From NCBI RefSeq assembly GCF_021028975.2, contig NC_059426.1, positions 126,046,001-126,110,000 on the forward strand: a DNA stretch of 64,000 nucleotides, in the 5' to 3' direction. The notes below the pieces were generated by a model. That model was given only the letters and a program-made list of their open reading frames with translations, was not told where the DNA came from and ran no database searches. The DNA comes from Sphaerodactylus townsendi. Taxonomy: Eukaryota. Below, piece after piece: positions 48,967-61,785 of this stretch; the stretch's first letter is position 1, and the number at the start of each line of letters is the position of its first letter. A program made the position numbers and the translations under genes.

Positions 48967-49225
48967 ATCTGCTTTTGTTTAGATATTTAGATATTAAACT
49001 TTTAGTCAGTGCCCCTTGGAGCTATCTGTACCTACTACCCCTCAAGAAATGTCCTTATTAATTAATTAATTTATTTATTTTAAAAAAGAAAAAAGAAAGA
49101 AATTGCGGATGAGAAGGTGGTGCAAGGCAGAGGGTTTCAGATTTGTCAGGAACTGGGGAACCTTTTGGGATAAGGCAGGCCTGTACAAAAGGGACGGGCT
49201 TCATCTTAACCAAAGAAATTGCGCG

Positions 49226-49845
49226 CAGAGTCACTCTGTTCTTCCTGGCCCAGATGCCTTGTCCACTGCTGCTCCTTTCTGCTGGTTCCAGAGACTGAAC
49301 TAAAGACTGAATGACTCACCTCAGGAGCCCCACCTTTAGCAGCCCAGGACAAAGAGTAACCTCTGTTAACCCCTGTTAAGCCCCACCTCCAGCAGTCTCA
49401 GCTCCTAGTAGCCTTAAGGAGAAAAAGAGATAACCCCTGCAAACCCCTGTTAAAAAATACACTGTTTTAAAAGATGTGGCTTTGAGAAAAGCCCTCCAAA
49501 ATGAACACCAGAGTCACTCTGTTCTTCCTGGCCCAGATGCCTTGTCCACTGCTGCTCCTTTCTGCTGGTTCCAGAGACTGAACTAAAGACTGAATGACTC
49601 ACCTCAGGAGCCCCACCTTTAGCAGCCCAGGACAAAGAGTAACCTCTGTTAACCCCTGTTAAGCCCCACCTCCAGCAGTCTCAGCTCCTAGTAGCCTTAA
49701 GGAGAAAAAGAGATAACCCCTGCAAACCCCTGTTAAAAATACACTGTTTTAAAAGATGTGGCTTTGAGAAAAGCCCTCCAAAATGAACACCAGAGTCACT
49801 CTGTTCTTCCTGGCCCAGATGCCTTGTCCACTGCTGCTCCTTTCT
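49226..49845. repeat. Tandem repeat of about 283 bp, 2.2 near-identical copies, at the CR1 5' end
   Basis: Units start at 49226, 49509 and 49791 (CAGAGTCACTCTGTTC). Confidence 0.93.
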
Positions 49846-50503
49846 TGTGAATTATCCTTGTGAATTAAAGACACCACAGTACTCTTTATGTTTTCCCACG
49901 ACTTCCAACTAAATATCCAATGGAAGGGGTTTTTTTGTATTAGCGAACCACAAAAATAAGATACATGAACGATGAAATTTACCATGTACGCAAGATAACA
50001 CATTTGGACTTCAGCAGCTGCGCTCCCAGTCTTGTGGCTTTTGCATTCTCCTCTTAAGACTGTGCATACAGAAAGCACAGAGACTGGAGCTCCTTATGGA
50101 GTCTGACCACACTGCCCTCAAGGAAGTGTCATGACTCCATGGTAAGATAAGAGTATTTGCTTAGCACACAGAAAGTCCCAGATTCAATCTCTGCCAGCTC
50201 CAGTTAGAAGGATCAGGTAGGAAGTAGTACATTATGTGAGCTCGTCGGCATCTGGGGGGCCCTGCAATAGGCAGATTCAAAACAAACTAGAGATGGGTCA
50301 GTGGCCACTGGCTCTTTCCCAAACTTGCCTGGGTACCACAAATGCAGAGGTCAAGCTTTTTATTGTGGACATTAGCCATGTTACAAACAGTCTTTCCCTT
50401 CACCCTCAACAAGGAGTTCCCACACTTCATCCTTCCTTTGTCTTCAACATAGAGTTCCTTCACTCCCATTCCTGTCTGTCCCAGATTCACCCTAACATCC
50501 AGC

Positions 50504-50639
50504 CAGCGGTGGGATTCAGCAGGTTCACACCACTTCAGCAGAACCGGTTGTTAAAATGGTGCTTGTAAACAACCAGTTGTCAAATTATTTGAATCTCACC
50601 ACCAGAACCGGTTGTTAAATTATTTGAATCCCACCACTG
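50504..50639. mobile_element. hAT (Tip100-like) MITE
   Basis: TIRs CAG(C/T)GGTGGGATTCA; 8-bp TSD CATCCAGC. Confidence 0.9.
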
Positions 50640-53600
50640 CATCCAGCCCTATCTCCCATGTTGCAGGACATTCTTCCTTGCTCTGATCACATACACAGAA
50701 TGTAGCCATAAAAAGATGCCATGTCTCCCAGTAAAGTCTGCTTCAGTCAATGTCCCACAACACTGGTGCCAGGTCATGCACCTCACACCAGTCTCTGCAG
50801 GATTTGCAGTCTACCTTCTGCTTTGGTTGCATCTTTTCCCTTTCTGCCTTTACCACCTTTGACTCCTTGCTCTAACAGCTGAAAACCTCCTGTCCCAGAG
50901 CCCTGGGTTTACAGATATACCAGAGACCATGGAAAACCACAGAAAATCAATGTCAGTCAAGATGGACAATACTGATCTTGATAGATCAATGGTCTGATTC
51001 AATATAAGGCAGCTAGCTCTATGTGCATGTATTCAGAATGTTTGTGTGATTAAGCTGGGAGGAAAGATCCCCATGCTATCAGACTACACCAGAGGTCCCC
51101 ATCCTTTTCAAGCTGGCAGGCACCTTTGGAATTCCGACAACGTGGTGAGCATAGCCACAAAATGGCTGCCACATCTTACTTCCAGTCACACAGTGAACAA
51201 CATTGGACTATGGAGGCAGCTACTGACAGAACAATTTTTTTAAAAAAAATGTGTACAGCTAACCAAGTCTCTAAGACGCAATCAGAAACCTTGCTGAGCA
51301 AAACCCCCACCTGGTTCCACCCACTTTCTAAAAACACTTGGCAGGTACCAGGAAAGATGTTTGTGGACACCAAACTGGGAACCTTTGAACTTCACCATCT
51401 CTACATACCTATATTATATTCAAGATCATAAATTACAGCATCCATGAGCAGCATGCAGATATACTAAGCAGCAATGTTTGTCATCTGAGGTAATGAACAG
51501 GAGATAGCAATATTTATCTTCTGTAGAATGTCAGCTAGTATTTCCTCGGTGCTTCAGGAATATTCAATATAAATAATTAGACTGCAGTTTCTTTAACATG
51601 TAGGGCTATAATCTCTCAGATTGCACTGGTGATCTTCCAGTGTAAACCAAACCTATATAAGAAATAGGATCTTCTTTACCTGATATTTGGTGGTGGGGGA
51701 GGGGAGATGACTGGATGAACAAGCATTAATTACTCAGCAGTTGGTCCTTCAGAACAAAACTGTATCATTTGCAGAACAGAGCATTCCTCTTTTTCAGCGT
51801 GTGATGAAAATGAATTTGCAATTTAAACTATCATTACTTTAAATTAGTTTTAACATCAGAGTCAAACGGAACGTTACAACCTCTTAGATATTGTGGGAGT
51901 TGTGGGAGTTAAGTCATTAAGCAGAAGGTTAAGAAATGGCGCGATTACACCCACTGGTAATAAGAGACTAGAGTGGAACTCAGTTATGGGATCTTCAGGA
52001 AAGTATGTTCCTCTACCTCAAACCTGCAGTTTGGGGGCCATGTTCAAAATTGCTTAAAATATACTTAATGAATAATGAAAAAGACCAGTTAGTAAACTGC
52101 AATATAACAGATTAAAAATTAAGAACCTAGATTGACTTTCAACTCTGATTCTGGTACCAAAATGCTCTTTTCTTATCCAACCCAAGAAAGCAGGGATCTC
52201 CTGATGTTCCAGCAGAGGCGTAGCTAGGGGAAATGGAGCCTGGTGATAATACTAACCAGGTTTGGTGAAGTTTGGTTCAGGGGGTCCAAAGTTATGGACC
52301 CTCAAAGGTGTAGCCCCCATCTCCTATTAACTCCCATTAGAAACAATGGGGGATGGGGCACCCCTTTTGGGAGTCCATAACTGGACCCCCTAAACCAAAC
52401 TTTACCTAACTTGGGTGGTATCATCAGGAGAGTCTCCCAAAAAATCTCTGAAATTTTGGTGCTGCTAGCCTAAAAACTGCGCCCCCTGCAGGCCAAAAAC
52501 TGAAAAAACACTAAAAAATACAAACACAAACAAACCTGAATTTTTTGGCAGAGTGTTGTCAACTTTGCCTTGGAAAATTTCTTGAGATGTGGGGCCAGTG
52601 CCTGAGGAGAGTAGTATTTGGGGAGATAAGAGCTCCCATACTGCTCACTCTACAAATCTGCCATTTCCTACTCATGAGAACTTGCATAACTTCAGGTCTC
52701 ACCTTGAGGTTGGTAACCCTGCACCAGCATGGCCCTTGCTTTCCCATCAGAGAGCACAAAACTATAAGTGGCCCAGAGCAATTAAAGGCTATCAGGAGGC
52801 ACGCTCAGGAAAGCCCCTACCTTGAGACCTTGGAGAGCTGCTGATGGGCAATGCAGGAATGGACTAGATGGGCCAATAGTGGGACTTCCATTCTACAGGT
52901 TTTGTGTCTGCATGGTTGCTACTAACATGCAACACAGCTAATGTAATACACCATCCCAGAAGCCAAGCAGCACGGCATGATACTTACACACAGGTCAAGA
53001 AAGTCTCTGGCTACACACAGTGCTGTAGACATTCAGCAACCACATGCTGGCACAGCATTGATCATCTTGCCCTCCACCTCCACTATCTACCAGTAATGGC
53101 CATTACAAAGGACCCAAATGTGACCTCAGATTTCCCTTTCAGTTTCTGTTAAACAAGTATCCTAACTTTCCCTAACAAAGCAGCAGGTGCTTAAGATATG
53201 TATGTACCATGAAATGTACCATATGTGGAACAGGGCATTTCTGAATGTTGCGGTCCTTTCTTAGTATGAATTTGGAATTCAAATTATCACTAATTTCAGC
53301 CTGTGTGACATCACAGAATCATATGGGATACTTTGTCCTCTTAGCACCTGTGTGAGTGAGTATAGCCAGGTGGCTAACCATTTCATCCTAAGCAAAATTA
53401 CGCCATTCTAAATCCATGGAAGTTACGGATATAATTCTGCTTAGGGTGGTACTGCAAGAACCTGAGCTATGAGTTAAATAGTCTTGGCTGAAATGCAGCT
53501 CAATTGTAATCATACTGCTCAGCTTCAGGCAAGCCATTCTCTATCAATCCACATCCATTATCTGTAATAACTGGGTAATGCGAATGATATTTTAATCACA

Positions 53601-54087
53601 TGACTGTTTTTTTAAATGAAATTGGCTCATTTCTCAGGGAAGACTGATGAATATAGGGTTACCAACAATCTGAAGCACTGTCTCCCTTTAACAGAGAATT
53701 AAGGTGTGAAAATGGACAGATTGATAACATGGAGGTAAATAAGCATCCCATGTAAGTCTCTATTAACAGGAGAGGACTTTTTTTCTGCAGGTCAGTTGGC
53801 AACCAGAGGGATAAATGTTTAAAAAGGCACTGAAGTTATAAATATTACTGACTAAGTTTACTCTTGAATTTTTGAGGACTGGTCAAATGCTTTGAACAAT
53901 CAATACATTTGTATTAGGAAAAATGCTCAGTTTCACTTGAAGGTTTTTGAGGCTATCTAAATCAGCTTTTGTTATAAGATTCTCGGGCTTACAGTGGAAG
54001 ACTGGCAGTACCTTCAAGACTACATAAAATGATTTTATTAACAGAGCACAAGTTTTCCTGGGCAACTATCTTCTTGATCATTAGATG

Positions 54088-55060
54088 TGTAACGAACTTG
54101 CCCCACCCTGAAGGGCTGGTGTACAGCAGGCCAAAGGGAGAAGGCCTTAGCAACAGCCAGAAAAAGAAAAAAAGGCTCCACAAGGAGAGAACTGACCTGA
54201 TTGGCTGAAAAAGGTCCAGTAGCGTTTGGCAAGAGCTAGGGGGAGCCAGTGGGCCTAGAGCACTGAGAGGAGAGTTGAGTTCTGATCGGAGTCGGTCAGA
54301 GAGAGCAGAGCAGAGTCTGGCAGAGAGGAGTCTGTCAGCTCTGGTGAAGAAAAAAAAGGATTCTGGTCTCAGCATGAGTTGGCTGACAGAAGTCCAGTCC
54401 CCTGTCTGCAAGCGGTGTATGCTTGACAGAGAGAGAGGTGAGGCCCTGACTGGGTGCAGATTGGAAGTGCCCTTCAGGAGCTTGGATGTTTTGGGAAACC
54501 GCCCAGACTCCATCTAGTCTGCTTTGTCTCTGTGTGGGCATCACCAGAATCACCAGTCTGGGAGAAGCCAGTCCAGAGGCAGTGAAGCCATATTAGGACT
54601 AGTGGGAGAGAGGGAGGCCAAGTGTGCCAGAATCTCCTGGGCTTGGACTGTGTGCTTGGGTGTGATCAGTGGGTATTGGAGCAGTGAGGAATAGTGTCTG
54701 TGTGCGTAAGGGAATTTATTAGTTCAAAGCTAAATCTCCCCTTAAGAGACACCTGCGTGTGTCGGTGTGCATATGAATCTGAAGTAACCGTTAAGCTAGA
54801 ACAAACTCTCTCTCTAAAACCAACAAGCGTTAAACCTCTCAAAGTTACCTGAGAAGCCTTTGTGAAAGCCAGCAAATAAACGTTTCAATTTTGTTCACCT
54901 TTTAAAACCTTTCCAGTCATTAGTATTTTTGTCTGTGTGTCTGTGTTCCCCGCAAAGGGTGGTGTCTGGGGAAAATCAGTATTGAGTGGGCTATATAAGG
55001 AAAAATATTATTGGTGGCAGCGCAGAAAGTAGAACTTATATATAAGTGGCTTTCGTTACA
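54088..55060 (+). mobile_element. Solo LTR (973 bp), Gypsy- or ERV-type
   Basis: TGTAACGAA...TTCGTTACA inverted ends, 5-bp TSD AGATG, AATAAA at 54875-54880. Confidence 0.9.
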
Positions 55061-56084
55061 AGATGCATCTGAAGTTTTGGAATAAAGATAAACACAGTTA
55101 ACCTGAGCTGCGGTCTCAAAGAGGCACTAGATTGCTTTTACAACCTAAAGGGCGTCAGCATTGAAAATGAAAGGAATCCTTGTGTGTGGTTCACCTTTTC
55201 CTGAAGATTGAGTTTGCATTTTATGATAACTCAGCATAATGAAAAGGGCCTCCTTTGCTTGTGTTTATAGTTTAGTTTTGCTCTCTGAACTGGTTCCTTT
55301 TTTGACAACTGCCTTGGAGCGCAGGACTTCACCCATGAGGAAGGCCCAGTAAACCTACTGCATTCCAAGGCAGCTGTTTTGTTACCTGTTTCTTTCCTGG
55401 TCTTGTTCAACAGCAAAGGGAGATTTCATAGTTGCTCTCCACAGTAAAGACAAATAAAACGCTTCCGTCCCAGAAAATGGGTGTGGATAAAACATGAAAT
55501 GTTTACAGACACACCAAGCCAGAAAGAAGGGCAAATGTTGACAGGGCAAATGAAATTTCTGCCAGTTAGCTCCAGAGATTATTTGTTGTTAAGAATCTAT
55601 ACATACAAACCTCCCACCTGCCAGGAATGGGAAGAGCTGAGTTTATTCCCCCTAGTCAGTATACTGCAAACCCTGAAGGCATTTACAACACGATTAGTTA
55701 ATCATATGTTTTTCACAAATCTCAAGACATGTTGATGCTTCTCATCAAATTCCAGATTTCAGGCATGCAATTAACACACAGTTTCTTTTCCCACTTGGTA
55801 AAATCGTTTGAGCCTTCATGGTTGCAGGTAAAAAGAAGAACAGTGAATATCAGAAGCTAAAGGACAGGAAAAATGTGCATGATTAAGAACACTCTGTGAT
55901 TTCAGATACATGAGTCACAATTACATGACCAGGGAAATAAAAAATACAGCAGCTTCTAACAGCCTTAGCTTGCAGGGTCAGACAAAATATCCCATCAACC
56001 ATGACTGAGCATAGTTGAAGTGTGTATATGAAACAATGATCTCACCAACAGGGCAGGCATATGGAAATGGCAGAGCTGCTAAGG

Positions 56085-56348
56085 CAGTGATGGCAAACAT
56101 TTTGCGTGACACACCAGCATTCACCAACTACCTATTTGAGTTTGGGTCGTTTTTGTAATTTTGTGATGTTTCTTTATATAATACACAGGACCACACATGA
56201 TTGGACTGTATTTTTTAATAAATAAATAAATATGTAAAGAATCGTTTCTCTTTTGTTCGGGGGCATGGGGGGAGCTAACACACCAGCAGAACCATTAGGC
56301 ATTTTCGGAATTTTTGACACACTGAGTCAAAAATGTTTACCATCACTG
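56085..56348. mobile_element. Non-autonomous hAT element
   Basis: TIRs CAGTGATGG.AAACAT / ATGTTTACCATCACTG; imperfect TSD TGCTAAGG/TGCTAGGA. Confidence 0.8.
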
Positions 56349-56766
56349 TGCTAGGATCATGGCTACAGCTCTATGTAGGTACACAGATTCTAAATAGATA
56401 GCAGAATCAGTCACCAGTAAGTAACATCATCACCCTAAAGTCCACTAGGTTCCACTACCACTCAGCTGCTGCAAGCCTGTTTGGATTTGCAGCCAAGGCC
56501 CTGGAAGCTCCATAGTCATTTCTTTCTGTGATACTCAGTGGTGGGGGTCAATCTGAATGAGGATGATTGAGAGGCCATTTCTTCAGAGGCAATAGAGTGG
56601 ATTGTCACAGGCAGCCATTTTATGCAGGAGGGTATGACGAAACAAACAGTATATACTCAAGGAGCCACAAAGGCAAAAAGTACGCTGTGAAATCTAACTA
56701 TAATCAGGAAAAATCAGAGATCATTCACTGATTATGTCAAGGTACTGAATACATGTTGTTCTAGTT

Positions 56767-57345
56767 CAGGGGTAGGGAACCTTTAACACTCAAAGAGCCA
56801 TTTGGACCCATTTTCCACGGGAAAAGAAAACACTTGGAGCCGCAAATAATTTTTGACATTTAAAATAAAGATAACACTGTATATATTGGGTTTTTTTACC
56901 TTTTACTCCACTCATTCTGAGAAGCGCATGGATGCACCCGCCCTGCTGCCTGCAGGGCAGGCAAGGATGGAGCCAGCGGCTCGGCCGCGCCATCTGCCGG
57001 GAAAGCGCCTGCCCCGCTCAAACGGGGTGGGCGAGAGGGGAAGCCTGCGGCACGGCCCAGCCGTGCACGGGCAATTGGTGCGCCCGCCCTGCTGCCTGCA
57101 GGGCGGGCAAGGATGAAGCCGGCGGCTCGGCCTCGCCATCTGCCGGGAAAGAACCCGCCCCGCTCCAATGGGACGGGCGAGAGGGGAAGCCCATGGCGCA
57201 GCCCAGCTGTCCGCGGGCAGTTGGTGTGCCCGCCCTGCTGCCTGCAGGGCAGGCAAGGATGAAGCTGGCGGCTCGGCTCGTGGAGCCGCAGTGCAAGGGC
57301 AGAAGAGCCGCATGCGGCTCTCGAGCCGCAGGTTCCCTACCCCTG
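56767..57345. mobile_element. Non-autonomous hAT element with internal GC-rich tandem repeat of about 147 bp
   Basis: TIRs CAGGGGTAGGGAACCT; 8-bp TSD TTCTAGTT. Confidence 0.92.
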
Positions 57346-58508
57346 TTCTAGTTTCTAAAAAAAAAGTGACTATGTCTCATTGGTCAGAAATTCTAACACT
57401 TCCCCTGGCTTGAATGAGGTATGACAGAAACAGCAGAGCACCTAGATGCATCAGCCACTCCACTCCAAAGGATGGATAACAGGCAGCAAAAAACTGCCCG
57501 TGAAGTCAGCCCTAAAAGCCTCAAGTAGGAAGCAATTTTAAGTTGGGTGTGCTATTCACTTCCCATCTAGCCAAGTGTCATACTTATTGTCAGACTTCTA
57601 CAACATCCCAAACATGCTATTCCTTGGTAAGGATTTCTCATTTGCCTTTTTCTCTGAAATTGTTGTCTTGGTTTACTCATTTATTAATGGGATTCCAAAG
57701 TATCTCCCAAGCTATTGCATTTGGGATTTTTTACCCCTTTATTCCAAGATATCATCCCAGATTTTTTAAAGTAGTGATTCACAGTGGTTTTTCAAGGTTG
57801 CACAGGTTGTAGTGTGAATAACATAATGCTATTATCTTACCTTGCTCGGTTTGTAACATTCCTGATGATGTACAACCTTCCCCGCTTCTCTCCATTACCA
57901 ACCCCACCCCACCCCCGGTCACCATTACTTATTCTAAAATACTGATACTCCTAAGGGGGTGGCGGATTTCACTTTCCTTTCCACCAATCTGTAGCATGCC
58001 TGAACTAAGGGAGGAAAATGGTCAATTTTATGTTGAAAAATTGTAAGTATTCAAAATATGAGAGGTCTACAGCTTTATTCTAGTATTGACACTCACACAC
58101 TGCTTTTGATGGATGGAAGTGGCTATCTCTTCAACAAATGCAGACAATCAAGAAAAGGTAATACCTGCTTCTCACATGAGCGGACATCACTTGGGTTTTT
58201 CTAGACCAGGTAATTGCACATTTGTTGGTTAAAATTGTGGGTCTGAATTCCACCAAAAGCCATTGTGGTGAAGGGGATAGGGAATATGCTCTGTGGAGGT
58301 TTGATCTGCAATAACTGATTCAGTGGATGTTGCAGGTATGATGAACATACACATGAAAACCGGTCTTTCATTTATTTGCAATGGATGTGCGTAAATCGAA
58401 ACAGTAGGAACAAGAAAGAAGCGCAGTTGGTTAAAAGAGGGAGAAACTGCACAGTGATATGATGGAAGAAATGGCAGGGTGATTGGAAATCCTTATAAAT
58501 ATACTTAC

Positions 58509-58603
58509 AAATGGTTTCCCAGCATGTTTCTTTTAGTGGCCCCTAAATAGTGCATCAAGTTTGGATCAGAATGCTCATCGCCAACCATTGTGGGTCCAAC
58601 CTC
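58509..58603 (-). CDS. GCHFR: GCHFR exon 2 (EVGPTMVGDEHSDPNLMHYLGATKRNMLGNH)
   Basis: ctctttgcag acceptor, TT|GTAAGT donor, human EVGPTMVGDEQSDPELMQHLGA. Confidence 0.96.
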
Positions 58604-61058
58604 CTGCAAAGAGAAACTTACAATTTTATTCCTGAAGAGAAAAATCATTCTCTTTCATTCTACCTGCTTAGAGTTTATTGATGGTACGATACATACTACA
58701 CTTAAGATAAAATGTTTTATTGACAACAGATGATGTGTTTGACTTGGAGAAGGTTCACAAAAGCTCCCAGTATAGTGAGATATATTCAATGAAAAAGCAT
58801 TTTGGCAGCATCCTCCGTGTTTTATCTACATGGAAGAGCGGAAAATGTGGTCATTCCTCCAAAAAACAGGAGGAAGGCAGGTCTCTGGAATGACTCAGGA
58901 GGACCCAGTGCTTGAGAAAAGCTCCCTCTGCAGGCTAAACAGAAGACAACAAAGATCATTCAAAAATATCAATTATTACTGTATAATTTAATAAGCTTTT
59001 TTCAACACCAGTGAGGACATATGTGGAAATTAATTTTAAAAAGTTAAACACTTAAATGATCTAAATTTCTGTACAAAGCTAGCTTAGCCAGGCTTACGAA
59101 ACAAGCCTTCCAGTGCTATCCTGAACAAAATTATACCTTTCTAAACCCACCAACTTCAATGGACTTAAAATGGAACAGGCTTAGGATTGCATAGATAGTT
59201 GCCACGAAGATCAGTAACACACAACAGGTTTCCTTAGCTCACCAACAGTATCAAAGAAACAATTACTGGTACCAACTTCATTCCTATATACAAGAAAACT
59301 CTGGTTGCTGAGGGGTGAGTTATAAACCATTTAGATGGTTTCAAAAACCCTTTGCCTAGCAACTATAGGGTCTGTTTTGCAATCTGAAAATATTATTCAA
59401 ACACATGAGCTTTCATAAACTGTGAGGAAGGAAAGCACTTGGCCCAAGTATCAAAACACCACAGTGCTTAGCAAAAAGAAAGTCAGCAGGGCAACTGTCT
59501 CATGAGCATCAACAATGTGCCAAGGCAAAAGAGAAGTGCTCAGTGTCCTGATGAAATTCCAGGAAGAGGAGTGTTTCTTCGTCCGTGAAATTTCTAAACA
59601 AGCAAGGAAGAAGCTGCTGAAGCTGTTACATCTTCAAGAAAATGGAAACTCAAGTCCACATGAGCAGGCCGGTGGGCGGAGGATTTTGCATGAGTTTTTG
59701 TCTTCCAGGGAGCAGATCTGCCACAACAACCTGCATTTGCGAGTCTAGCAACAAAAACGGAAAGACTGTATTTGTCAAGATGAGGGGTTTTTTTTTATTG
59801 AATCCAAGAGGATGTTTTTTAAATTGTATCCCTTAGCGTCTTTAGGATCCACTAAGAACAGACAGGCTATACAAACAGGCTTTGAAAATAAACACATAAA
59901 TAAACTACATTTACTTCATTCTGTTGCAAAAGGGCAACAAATGTTATCAATTGGGTCCATAGATTCTGCAAATGCAAACAAATTGCTTCATCTGAAATCC
60001 TGCCTGTAGAAGGACAGCTTAACGTTGTCATCTGGGTATGTGCGCTTGTCTATTTTTTTTATTATTTAATGCTCCTAACATTTCTTCAGGATGGGTTTTG
60101 TTGTTTTTTTCCCTGTAAACATGTCATAACATTTTGGGGGGAAAGTTACAAATTTAAGCATTATTCATATGGAAACTGGTACAAATGCAGTTGGTCTATT
60201 AATGATTAAACCTTTGATGTTTAAACAACTAAAATGTCTCAAGAGATAGCCCTTTTTAAAACAGGGTGCCATCCAGTATATGTCATGCAGAGGTGTAAGG
60301 CACAAAAATAAAATCTAATCAGCCTTACCAAACATGTGAATTACACAATAGTATTCATCTACAAGTTCAGAAAGGTGCAAGAATTTTAAGCGTGATTTTG
60401 CAAATCCATTCCCCATGTCACTACCTTGTGCCTACTGGTCAACATTACTGGCATTTTCTTCTTGATGATCTTTCTCTTCTGTTCCTTCTCTTGGCTTCAC
60501 TCATCGGTTCTCAATACCTCCATGCTTTCTTTCCCAACTTTTTGTTTATATCATCCCTCTTGGGTAGCTTGGTTCTCTGGTCTGTCTGGCTCATGACTCT
60601 CTCATGGAAAGTGAATTAGATACAAAGGCCATTTTTCTACCCTAGTAACAGGGCAATACATTGGTACAATTCCTGCCTCTGTCTAAAAGGGAAGGGGTTG
60701 CTATTGTGTTTTTTTTCAATTGTCCTTCAGCTATCATGTGTTGCAGAAACCAGTGAATAGGAACATAATTATATCATTTGAAGCAAATATTAAAAGAACT
60801 GTTAGCTTTCTTACTCTTGGAGCACCACTTTCAAACAGTTGGCTAGACCCTATCACCCTGCAACTTAACTGAAGAGGCTTCCTGTGCTGGAAAATGCTCT
60901 TTGTACTGGAGGGAAGATCAACATTTAGCTGAGCAGCATAAGAGGATCAGTCTGTGGCGGGGGGGGGGGGGTAGGGGGGTGGCAGCTTGGCTAGGCACTG
61001 TTGCAGCTGATTTGAAAACCCAATAAAATCATACACACACTAGGTTATAAGTTCAGTC

Positions 61059-61450
61059 CAGAGGTGGGATCCAACAGGTTCTCACAGGTTCCCGAGAGTA
61101 GGTTACTAATTATTTGTGTGTGCCGAGAGGGGGTTACTAATGGGTGATTTTGCCACATGATTTTTGCCTTAGTTACGCCCCTCCTCTCAGCAGTAGCGTG
61201 CAGAACTTGAAGTAGTCTAGCAGGAGGTGCACCAGCGTGCGTGGCAGCCTCCGCCTGCGTGCATTTGTTTCCCGCCCAAGGACCGGCACAGAGGCTGCGT
61301 CCTTGCCACAGCCCCGCCCAGGAATGCTCCACCCCTGGAATGCCTGGCCACACCCCCGTCATGCCCCACCCAGCCCCATTGGTGCTACGCCACAGTTTGA
61401 ATCCCACCACCATGGGAACCTGTTACTAAAATTTTTGGATCCCACCACTG
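61059..61450. mobile_element. hAT (Tip100-like) non-autonomous element
   Basis: TIRs CAG(A/T)GGTGGGATCCAA; 8-bp TSD GTTCAGTC. Confidence 0.9.
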
Positions 61451-61785
61451 GTTCAGTCTCTTGTCGAGGATGGATGACTAAATAACTTCCACCTGAGCTG
61501 AAAGTTGAAAAGGGACATGTAAAAAATGGAAAAAGGGGGACATCTCCAAGGAGGAATTCAAACAAAAAGCAAGGACATGTAGGGAGAAAGTCAGAGAAGC
61601 TAAAGTGTAGAATGGGCTCAGGCTTGCCAAAGAGGAAGAAAACAATAAATGAAGTAGGGAATGAAGTATCTGCCAGCTCTGATTCTATGTGATTCTGGTG
61701 ATCCCTAGTATATGCACTTGTATACTATATATCAGAGTAAATATACAGTGGAGCATATCACATTTTTTTCTGGTACATGCTAAAA

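Larger units (their letters stand above)
44869..49100 (-). mobile_element. Near full-length CR1 LINE in GCHFR intron 2, same orientation as GCHFR
   Basis: (TTCTTATG)n 3' terminus, ORF2 with APE and RT motifs, intact ORF1. Confidence 0.96.

Noticed and set aside
49226-49845. Regularly spaced repeats as a CRISPR-like array
   Set aside because: Contiguous 283-bp tandem units with no unique spacers, in a vertebrate genome
56790-57413. Overlapping Arg/Ala/Pro-rich ORFs on both strands
   Set aside because: They derive from the GC-rich tandem repeat inside a non-autonomous hAT
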